NCBI GenBank assembly: GCA_902825845.1
Contig: CADECM010000001.1
Location: 98,831 to 162,830 of the forward strand
DNA length: 64,000 nucleotides
Source: an uncultured beta proteobacterium
GTDB taxonomy: Bacteria; Pseudomonadota; Gammaproteobacteria; Burkholderiales; SG8-41
Direction of reading: 5' to 3'
In this document: piece by piece, positions 35,066 through 42,547 of the stretch
How the letters are laid out: the number at the start of each line of letters is the position of its first letter
How positions within the stretch are numbered: the first letter of the stretch is position 1
Program-made: the position numbers and the translations under genes
The notes under the pieces: model-generated
What the model was told of the DNA's origin: nothing
Seen by the model: the letters and a program-made list of their open reading frames with translations, nothing else
The model's database searches: none

Positions 35066-35871
35066 AAGTGATAGAGAGTGAAAAGGATCGTCAGGCTTCG
35101 CCGCTGACTGCGCGTGTCGTAGCGGATACGGCCTTGGGAGACACCTGCAATCCCTCCTCACCGATCCCGCTGTACTCGCAAATTCGCGAGCTTTTACGTG
35201 CACGCATCCTGGACGGCACGTATCGCTGCGATGTCAGGATGCCATCGGAAAACGACATGGTCAGGGCTTTCGGCGTGAGTCGCATCACGGTGCGCCAAGC
35301 CTTGAATGACCTCCAAAAAGAAGGCCTGATTTTCAAAATACACGGCAAGGGCACCTTTGTTGCGCGGCCAAAGGCGGTCCAGAACCTGATGCGTCTCGAG
35401 GGCTTTGGTGAAGCGATGTCGGCCGCTGGCCACTACACGCATTCCCGTGTGTTGGGACATAGGGTGATGCGTCCCCCTCGACATATATTGGCACGCCTTG
35501 CACTGGACGAGAAGTGCGAGGTAATGGAGATCCGCCGCATTCGCTACCTCAATCACGATCCCATTTCCCTGGATGTCACTTATGTGCCGGTTGAACTGGG
35601 GCAGCGCCTGATCAAGGAAGATCTGCCGCGCCGCGACGTCTTTCTCATTCTCGAGACTGATTACGGCTTCCGCCTGGATCGCGCCGAGTTGCGTATAGAC
35701 GCGACATTGGCCGACGCGGCGCTGGCGGAAGTCCTCGCGGTAGCAGAGGGTTCGCCTGTGCTGCGTATTGAGCGCCTTACGCTGGCACTCCCGGACCAGC
35801 CGATCGACTTCGAATATCTCTATTACCGGGGTGATGCATTTCAATACTTCATGATGGTCGGGCGTCGATAA
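35056..35871 (+). CDS. GntR-family transcriptional regulator, HutC subfamily (wHTH + UTRA effector domain)
   Basis: MPSENDMVRAFGVSRITVRQALNDLQKEGLI wHTH, and a C-terminal UTRA-length domain. Start is uncertain (ATG 35056, GTG 35068 or TTG 35134). Confidence 0.88.
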   Translation: MSIQVIESEKDRQASPLTARVVADTALGDTCNPSSPIPLYSQIRELLRARILDGTYRCDVRMPSENDMVRAFGVSRITVRQALNDLQKEGLIFKIHGKGTFVARPKAVQNLMRLEGFGEAMSAAGHYTHSRVLGHRVMRPPRHILARLALDEKCEVMEIRRIRYLNHDPISLDVTYVPVELGQRLIKEDLPRRDVFLILETDYGFRLDRAELRIDATLADAALAEVLAVAEGSPVLRIERLTLALPDQPIDFEYLYYRGDAFQYFMMVGRR

Positions 35872-35916
35872 GCGCGATATGCAGCAGCGCAGCCATCCAT
35901 TGCAAGGAAGCAAGAC

Positions 35917-37653
35917 GTGACAATGAAACTGATCGAGCTGGAAACCGACGTACTGGTTGTCGGTGGCGGAACCGCAGGTCCAATGGCCGCAGTGAAGGCG
36001 AAAGAGCGCAACCCCAAGCTTCGGGTGATGCTGCTGGAAAAGGCAAACGTCAAGCGCAGTGGCGCCATCTCCATGGGCATGGACGGGCTGAACAATGCGG
36101 TGGTGCCCGGTCATGCCACGCCTGAGCAGTACACCAAAGAGATCACGATTGCCAACGACGGCATCGTCAATCAGAAAACGGTCTACGCCTATGCGAACCA
36201 TAGCTACACGACGATACAGGAACTCGATCGCTGGGGTGTGAAGTTTGAAAAGGATGAGACCGGCGATTACGCCATGCGCAAAGTGCATCATATCGGCACG
36301 TATGTATTGCCGATGCCGGAAGGGCATCATATGAAGAAGGTGCTCTACCGGCAGCTCAAACGGGCGCGGGTGGACGTCACCAACCGGGTGGTGGCGACGC
36401 GCGTGCTGACGGATAGCAAGGGACAGGCGGCCGGTTTGCTGGGATTTGACTGCAGGAGCGGGGCGTTCGTGGTGGTGCGTGCGAAAGCCGTCATTCTGTG
36501 CTGTGGCGCGGCAGGGCGCATCGGTCTGCCGACTTCAGGTTATCTGTTCGGGACTTACGAAAATCCGACCAATGCGGGCGACGGATACAGCATGGCGTTT
36601 CATGCGGGTGCCGAACTCTCCAATCTCGAATGCTTCCAGATCAATCCGTTGATCAAGGACTACAACGGTCCGGCCTGTGCCTACGTCACCGGGCCATTTG
36701 GTGGCTATACCGCGAACGCCAGGGGGGATCGCTTCATCGAATGCGATTACTGGAGCGGGCAGATGATGCAGGAGTTCTATAACGAACTGCAAAGTGGCAA
36801 CGGCCCGGTATTCCTCAAACTCGACCATCTGGCTGAAGAGACCATACAGACCATCGAGCATATTCTGCATACCAACGAGCGGCCCAGCCGTGGGCGCTTC
36901 CACAGCGGACGTAAAACCAATTACCGCGAGCGGATGATTGAGATGCACATCTCCGAAATCGGCTTTTGCAGTGGCCACAGCGCGTCTGGCGTTTACGTCA
37001 ACGAGCGTGCCGAAACCACTGTGCCTGGCCTTTATGCGGCCGGCGACATGGCCAACGTACCCCACAACTACATGCTGGGTGCCTTCACTTATGGCTGGTT
37101 TGCCGGGACTAATGCGGCGGAATACTGCGCAAATTACGACGGTGGCACAGTGGATTCGGCGCAGATTGCGGAGGAGATGAACCGTGTTTCTGCTCCCTTA
37201 CGCCATGGCGGCGGACTGCCACCCTCGCAGGTGGAATACAAATTGCGGCGCATGGTCAACGACTATTTGCAGCCGCCCAAAGCGACCCGAAAAATGAAAC
37301 TGGCGCTTGAGCGATTCGACGAAATTGGCGAGGATATCGGGAACATTTCCGCCGAGAACCCGCACGAGTTGATGCGAGCAATGGAGGTGCAGGTGATTCA
37401 TGACTGTGCGCGCATGGCGGCCCATGCCTCGCTGTTCCGCGAAGAAAGCCGCTGGGGCCTGTATCACAACCGCGTGGATTTCCCCGAGCGCGACGACGTC
37501 GATTGGTTCACCCATTGTCATCTGCGCAAGGATGACGTGGGCGCCATGAGCAGCTTCAAAAAGGCAGTCGAGCCCTATTTGTTCCCGCTGGATGACAATG
37601 AGAAAAACGCCTATCAACGGCTGCGCGTGGTTGCGCCGGCGCGGACTGCATAA
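35917..37653 (+). CDS. AprA-like FAD flavoprotein (adenylylsulfate reductase alpha / fumarate reductase superfamily)
   Basis: 578 aa. DVLVVGGGTAGPMAA dinucleotide fold. LLEKANVKRSGAISMGMDGLNNA and AAGDMANVPHNYMLGAFTYG resemble AprA rather than the SdhA motif HGANRLG seen at 53977. Confidence 0.75.
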   Translation: MTMKLIELETDVLVVGGGTAGPMAAVKAKERNPKLRVMLLEKANVKRSGAISMGMDGLNNAVVPGHATPEQYTKEITIANDGIVNQKTVYAYANHSYTTIQELDRWGVKFEKDETGDYAMRKVHHIGTYVLPMPEGHHMKKVLYRQLKRARVDVTNRVVATRVLTDSKGQAAGLLGFDCRSGAFVVVRAKAVILCCGAAGRIGLPTSGYLFGTYENPTNAGDGYSMAFHAGAELSNLECFQINPLIKDYNGPACAYVTGPFGGYTANARGDRFIECDYWSGQMMQEFYNELQSGNGPVFLKLDHLAEETIQTIEHILHTNERPSRGRFHSGRKTNYRERMIEMHISEIGFCSGHSASGVYVNERAETTVPGLYAAGDMANVPHNYMLGAFTYGWFAGTNAAEYCANYDGGTVDSAQIAEEMNRVSAPLRHGGGLPPSQVEYKLRRMVNDYLQPPKATRKMKLALERFDEIGEDIGNISAENPHELMRAMEVQVIHDCARMAAHASLFREESRWGLYHNRVDFPERDDVDWFTHCHLRKDDVGAMSSFKKAVEPYLFPLDDNEKNAYQRLRVVAPARTA

Positions 37654-37670
37654 GACGAACAGGGGACCTC

Positions 37671-37904
37671 ATGCCAACCGCCATCAATCGCACCAGTGTT
37701 CCTGTCAGTGTTGACGACGAAAAATGCATCGCCCACAAAGGTTGCACGGTTTGTGTGGACGTATGTCCGCTTGACGTGCTGGCCATCGACATCGTGAAAG
37801 GCAAGGCCTACATGAAGTTCGACGAGTGCTGGTACTGCATGCCCTGCGAACAGGATTGCCCCACAGGCGCCGTCCACGTCGATATTCCTTACCTGTTGCG
37901 TTAA
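37671..37904 (+). CDS. 2x[4Fe-4S] ferredoxin, AprB-like ferredoxin domain only
   Basis: 77 aa. Cx5CxxCxxxCP plus CxxCxxCxxxCP (CWYCMPCEQDCP). KAY..CWxC context as in AprB. It lacks the C-terminal half of AprB. Confidence 0.75.
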   Translation: MPTAINRTSVPVSVDDEKCIAHKGCTVCVDVCPLDVLAIDIVKGKAYMKFDECWYCMPCEQDCPTGAVHVDIPYLLR

Positions 37905-37916
37905 GGCAGGTCGACT

Positions 37917-38885
37917 ATGAATGCGAATGTTACGACTTTCGTCCCCGGGGATTACCGCTCCCGTCTCACCGATCCGGACGCAGAGGTGCGGCGAATAGCC
38001 GTGATGGAATTACCCTATTGTGACGAAGCGGACTTCACGCAGTTGGGTCTGGCGGCACTGTCTGATGTCGTGCCAGCCGTGCGTGCCGAGGCCGCCAGGG
38101 CGCTGGAAGGGATCGAACAGGACGAGATCGTAGCGGCGTTGGCCGCGGCATTGCGTGATGTCGATGCCGACGTGCGCGAAGCGGCCGCGCAAACTCTGTC
38201 GGAACTCAAGGACCCCGCCATGGGAGCATACATCGTGCCGGTGCTGACGGATGATGACGCATTCGCAAGGGCTGCCGCTTTTCGCGCATTGCGGGAATTG
38301 CGCATCCCCGAAGTATTTGCAACGGCACGTGCCGCGCTGTGCGATGCCGCGCCGCGGGTGCGGCGGGAGGCGGTGTCCGTCCTCGGCTACCTTAAGAATC
38401 CAGACGGGTTGGGTGAGTTGACGCGCGTGGCAATGAATGATCCCGATGAGGAAGTCAGACGCATCGCGGTCGGCGCATTGGGGTACGCCACGGACGATCA
38501 AGTGCTGCCGGCCCTGACACATGCGCTCAAAGACGTCTCGTGGCAGGTGCGGGAAGAGGCGGCGAGCACGCTGGGAAAAGTCGGGCCGCGGGATGCCGTC
38601 GATAGTATGTTGCCGGTTCTGGAAGACAGTTACAGGCAGGTGCGCATACGCGCCATTCGTAGTTTGGGACGATTGAAGGCACGCGAAGCAGTGGCGGCGA
38701 TTATCGAAATGCTTGAACACCCCGTCAGCAACGTGCGCAAAGAATCGGCGATCGCACTGGGGGAGATTGGCGACACCAAAGCGATACCGGCTCTCGAGAA
38801 GGCGCGTCAGGATGCGGATCCGGATGTGCGCAAACTGGCGCAGATTGCACTGGCCACAATGACTCGCCAGTACGCAACCAAGTGA
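37917..38885 (+). CDS. HEAT-repeat (PBS-lyase HEAT-like) protein
   Basis: 322 aa of roughly 30-aa repeats of the form D-x-D/E-x-x-VR-x-x-A-x-x-x-L-G. Confidence 0.85.
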   Translation: MNANVTTFVPGDYRSRLTDPDAEVRRIAVMELPYCDEADFTQLGLAALSDVVPAVRAEAARALEGIEQDEIVAALAAALRDVDADVREAAAQTLSELKDPAMGAYIVPVLTDDDAFARAAAFRALRELRIPEVFATARAALCDAAPRVRREAVSVLGYLKNPDGLGELTRVAMNDPDEEVRRIAVGALGYATDDQVLPALTHALKDVSWQVREEAASTLGKVGPRDAVDSMLPVLEDSYRQVRIRAIRSLGRLKAREAVAAIIEMLEHPVSNVRKESAIALGEIGDTKAIPALEKARQDADPDVRKLAQIALATMTRQYATK

Positions 38886-38898
38886 AGGCACGCAAGTG

Positions 38899-39225
38899 AT
38901 GGCACATGTGGCGACGATAGGTTTTATCGATGGCGGATTCACAAACTGCGTGAATGTCTGTCGGTTCGATTCTGTTCAGGAAGGGCTGAATTTACCCGCA
39001 CTTTATCGGGATGATTGTAGCGATTGGATGCAGTGTGTGGCCGAGTCTCTGGAGAAAGCCAATTTCGAGGCCGGTGAAGTCACCCTACCGCAGAAGCACT
39101 TTGCCGGGTTTAAAGAACGCAGTGCAACAGCATGGCCGGTCATTACGGAAAGGCGCGAGCCGCTGCGGGAAGCGGCACGTTGGTCAGGCGTTATTCCAAA
39201 ACTGGCGCAAGTGAAGGACGTTTGA
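38899..39225 (+). CDS. Azotobacter-type (7Fe FdxA-like) ferredoxin homolog with degenerate cluster-binding cysteines
   Basis: 108 aa. Aligns without gaps to my recollection of A. vinelandii FdI (WP.ITE..PL, W.GV..KL conserved). Only Cys16, 20, 39 and 45 are retained. Cys8, 11, 24, 42 and 49 are replaced by F, G, S, W and S. Confidence 0.7.
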   Translation: MAHVATIGFIDGGFTNCVNVCRFDSVQEGLNLPALYRDDCSDWMQCVAESLEKANFEAGEVTLPQKHFAGFKERSATAWPVITERREPLREAARWSGVIPKLAQVKDV

Positions 39226-39267
39226 GCAGGCATGGTTGGTCGTGGATATTTAAAGGAGATGGGCATC

Positions 39268-40731
39268 ATGACGACGGGCGAACGCAGTATTGGTGCTACC
39301 TTGGGGAAATTCAAGGCGCTGCGCGGTATGGTTGTGGGCGGATGCATGGGCGCGGTCCTGCTGTCTGCGGCTTCACAAGCCCAGACCACGATCAAGATCG
39401 GCATTGGCACACAGAACACGACTACCAACACCGTTACCGGGGGCATGGTCATCAAGGAGCTCAAACTGCTTGAAAAACATCTGCCGCGGACGGGGAAATA
39501 TGCCAAGGTGACGTACGAGTTCGACTGGCAGAACGCCACGTCCGGACCACCCATCACCAACGGCATGATGGCCGATAAGATCCAGATTGGCATGATGGGC
39601 GACTATCCGCTATTGGTCGCTGGCGCGACCGGACAGGCGACGAGGAATGAGACACAACTGATCGCAGTCATTGCCTACAACCAGTTTGGCGCAGGTAACG
39701 GTGTTGTGGTGCACAAGGATTCTCCGTACTATGAATTGTCTGATTTGAAGGGAAAGCTGCTGTCAGTCCCCTTCGGCTCGGCGGCGCACGGCATGATGCT
39801 GCAGGCGATGCAGGCAAGAGGCTGGCCGGATACATTCTGGAGGTTGGTGAGTCAGTCGCCGGAAGTCGGAACCACCAATCTGCAGGAAAAACGCATCGAC
39901 GGTCACGGCGACTTTGTGCCGTTTGCTGAATTGCTGCCGTATCGTGGTTTCGCGCGCAAGATCTTCGACGGTGCAGAAACCAAGGTTCCAACCTTTCATG
40001 GCGTGGTGATTCGCAAGGATTTCGGCGAGAAATATCCTGAAATTGTGGTTGCCTACATCAAGGCGTTGATGGAAGCAAACGACTGGGTCCGCAAAGATCC
40101 GAAGGTCGCGATGACCAAAGTCGAAGAGTGGACCAAGATCGAGAAGGAAGTGGCCTACGTTTTCCTCGGACCCAGCGGCATCCACACATTGGATCCGACG
40201 ATCAAGCCGAAGTGGGTCGAGACAATCGGCGTCGTATATGACGTGCTCAAGAAGATGGGGCGCGTGAAAGCCTTCGATGTGAAAGCGTGGATCAATGAGA
40301 GCTATCTCAAGCAAACGTACAAGGAACTGAATCTCGATTACGACAAGCAGAAGGCCTCGTTTGCGGGTTATGAAATTGCCGGCAAAGATACGCTGTGTAA
40401 CGGCACGATCACCAAACCTCGCGAAGCTGGAGAAATCTGGATCTCCGGCGCAGACATTGTCCCGTTCAGCTCCACCGTTTGCACCCTGGCTGCCATCAAA
40501 AAGCTGCAAGGCGAAGGCAAGAAGATCGCTGTGGCCTATGTGTTCGATAAGTCGCTCGGCATCAAGATGTTCGCGGACAAGGCCTTTTACGCGGTCAACG
40601 CCACAGATCCCCAAAAGCCCCTGATTGCGCCCTTCCTGCTAAAAAAGGATGCCGAAGCGCATGTCGCCAAGGGGGGCGGCAAGCTTGCCTCGTATGCCGA
40701 GGCGCTGGCCGCGGCAAACATCGGCAAATAG
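39268..40731 (+). CDS. ABC transporter substrate-binding protein (NMT1/SsuA/TauA-like) with extra C-terminal NosL-like domain
   Basis: Signal peptide MVVGGCMGAVLLSAASQA. ATG 39268 lies 9 nt after AAGGAG. The last ~125 aa resemble NosL (FSSTVC..., AFYAV...PLIAPFLLKKDAEAHVAKGGGKL). Confidence 0.8.
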   Translation: MTTGERSIGATLGKFKALRGMVVGGCMGAVLLSAASQAQTTIKIGIGTQNTTTNTVTGGMVIKELKLLEKHLPRTGKYAKVTYEFDWQNATSGPPITNGMMADKIQIGMMGDYPLLVAGATGQATRNETQLIAVIAYNQFGAGNGVVVHKDSPYYELSDLKGKLLSVPFGSAAHGMMLQAMQARGWPDTFWRLVSQSPEVGTTNLQEKRIDGHGDFVPFAELLPYRGFARKIFDGAETKVPTFHGVVIRKDFGEKYPEIVVAYIKALMEANDWVRKDPKVAMTKVEEWTKIEKEVAYVFLGPSGIHTLDPTIKPKWVETIGVVYDVLKKMGRVKAFDVKAWINESYLKQTYKELNLDYDKQKASFAGYEIAGKDTLCNGTITKPREAGEIWISGADIVPFSSTVCTLAAIKKLQGEGKKIAVAYVFDKSLGIKMFADKAFYAVNATDPQKPLIAPFLLKKDAEAHVAKGGGKLASYAEALAAANIGK

Positions 40732-40753
40732 CGCGTGAGTGAGGAGCCGCTTC

Positions 40754-41680
40754 ATGGACAGTGTGCATGTACTGCGCAAGGCGGAGCCTCCGGTGAAAGA
40801 CTATCGGAGCGAAGTCGATCCGGCGCCGCCAAAAGGGCGTGGCACAGCATTGTCTGCTGCGCCGGCGATTCCACCCAATTCAGCAGCGATATGGTTGCGC
40901 AGCAAGGGCGTCAGCATGCTGCTATGGGTCGTCTCGCTTGGCATCATGCTCGCCTTCTGGTACGTCGTCACCCGCTACAAACTCGAGTTCTACATCCGCT
41001 TTGTTAACGTGCCGACGCCAGCAGAAGTTATGCAAAAAGTGGTCGAGGTCAATCAGTCCGGTAAATTTCTGGTGAATATCGGCTACAGCGTTCGCCGCAT
41101 TCTGATCGGATTTTCCATCGCTGTGGTGCTGGGTGCAGCCATGGGATTGCTGATCGGCCGATATCGCTTTATGCGCGATATGTTATTTCCCATCTGCGAG
41201 GTGTTGAGACCGATCCCCGCGATTGCATGGGTGCCAATGGCGATCATGTTGTGGCCGACCAACGAGGTGAGCATCGTATTCATCACCTTTATGGGCTCAT
41301 TCTTCCCGATCCTGATCAATACCATCCACGGTGTGCACTCGATTGATCCGGTATTGATACGCGCCGCGCGCAGTCTCGGAGCCAACGAGTACCGCCTGTT
41401 CGCGAATGTAATTTTGCCTGGCGCAATGCCGCATATTTTTACCGGATTCTCCGTGGGCATGGGTGTGGCCTGGGTATCGCTGATTGCCGCGGAGATGATC
41501 TCGGGACAGTTCGGTATCGGTTATTTCACGTGGGAGGCTTATTCGCTGGTCAGTTACGCCGAAATTGGGCTTGGCATGATCACCATTGGTGTTCTTGGAC
41601 TGGCGTGTAGTGGGGCTATTCAAATCACGGGCAAGCTCTTGATGCCTTGGGCTTCCTATGCCGGAGCAGAAAAGAAATGA
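40754..41680 (+). CDS. ABC transporter permease (NitT/TauT family)
   Basis: Six-TM BPD-type permease with an EAA-like loop (IRAARSLGANEYRLFANVILPGAMP). GAGGAG RBS 7 nt before ATG 40754. Confidence 0.88.
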   Translation: MDSVHVLRKAEPPVKDYRSEVDPAPPKGRGTALSAAPAIPPNSAAIWLRSKGVSMLLWVVSLGIMLAFWYVVTRYKLEFYIRFVNVPTPAEVMQKVVEVNQSGKFLVNIGYSVRRILIGFSIAVVLGAAMGLLIGRYRFMRDMLFPICEVLRPIPAIAWVPMAIMLWPTNEVSIVFITFMGSFFPILINTIHGVHSIDPVLIRAARSLGANEYRLFANVILPGAMPHIFTGFSVGMGVAWVSLIAAEMISGQFGIGYFTWEAYSLVSYAEIGLGMITIGVLGLACSGAIQITGKLLMPWASYAGAEKK

Positions 41681-42537
41681 ATGGCAATTCCAAAGGTGCC
41701 ATCGACATTCACGATCTTGGCGTCGTTTTCATTGCTGGTGACACCAGGGTCGAGGCCGTGAGCGCCGTAAACATGAACATCAAGCCGGGAGAATTTGTTT
41801 CGCTGATCGGCCCTTCCGGATGCGGCAAATCGACATTGCTCAACATCGTTGCCGGATTTGTGCAGCCCAGTTTCGGTGCCGCATCGATTGATGGCGCGAC
41901 AATAAAGGGGCCTGGATCAGAATGCGGTGTGGTATTTCAGCAATATTCGCTTTTTCCCTGGTTGTCGGTAAGAAAAAACGTTGAGTTTGGCCTGAAAATG
42001 AAAGGTGCTCCGGCTTCGGTGCGGGAAACTCAGGCTCGAACCTTGCTCGGATTGGCAGGGCTCCTGGCGTTTGAAAATCACTATCCTGATCAACTGTCGG
42101 GCGGCATGAAGCAGCGGGTCGGCATCGTTCGCGCGTTGGCGACCAGTCCGCAGGTGCTGCTGATGGATGAGCCGTTCGGTGCGCTCGACGCGCAAACGCG
42201 GGTGGTGATGCAGGAAATCCTAACCAACATGTGGCAGCGCTTCCGCATCTCGGTGCTTTTTGTTACCCATGATATCGAGGAGTCGATTTTTCTCTCCGAC
42301 AGGATTTATGTAATGACCGCGCGTCCCGGGCGTATCAAGGCCGAAATCATAGTGCCGCTTGCCAGGCCGCGCACGCCGGAAATGACCGCGTCCGCCGAGT
42401 TCATTGCCATGGTGCAACAGCTGAAGCGGTTGATACGCGAAGAGTCACTGGCGGCGATGGGCGCGGAGTTGAAGGACGGAGGACTAAGCGGGTTTGGCAC
42501 GGCGGTGGGCCCAAGCGGTATTGCTGAAATGATATGA
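41677..42537 (+). CDS. ABC transporter ATP-binding protein (NitT/TauT family)
   Basis: Walker A GPSGCGKST, signature LSGGMKQR, Walker B LLMDEPFGALD. ATGA overlap with the permease. Confidence 0.93.
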   Translation: MNGNSKGAIDIHDLGVVFIAGDTRVEAVSAVNMNIKPGEFVSLIGPSGCGKSTLLNIVAGFVQPSFGAASIDGATIKGPGSECGVVFQQYSLFPWLSVRKNVEFGLKMKGAPASVRETQARTLLGLAGLLAFENHYPDQLSGGMKQRVGIVRALATSPQVLLMDEPFGALDAQTRVVMQEILTNMWQRFRISVLFVTHDIEESIFLSDRIYVMTARPGRIKAEIIVPLARPRTPEMTASAEFIAMVQQLKRLIREESLAAMGAELKDGGLSGFGTAVGPSGIAEMI

Positions 42538-42547
42538 GTGCGGAGTC

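Noticed and set aside
35194-36330. 378-aa minus-strand ORF across the GntR and AprA-like genes
   Set aside because: It spans two well-supported plus-strand genes and their intergenic spacer, with no motifs.
38899-39225. Calling the cysteine-depleted ferredoxin homolog a pseudogene
   Set aside because: The frame is intact over the full family length, alignment is gapless, and fold-defining residues are conserved. Kept as a CDS with altered function pending dN/dS evidence.
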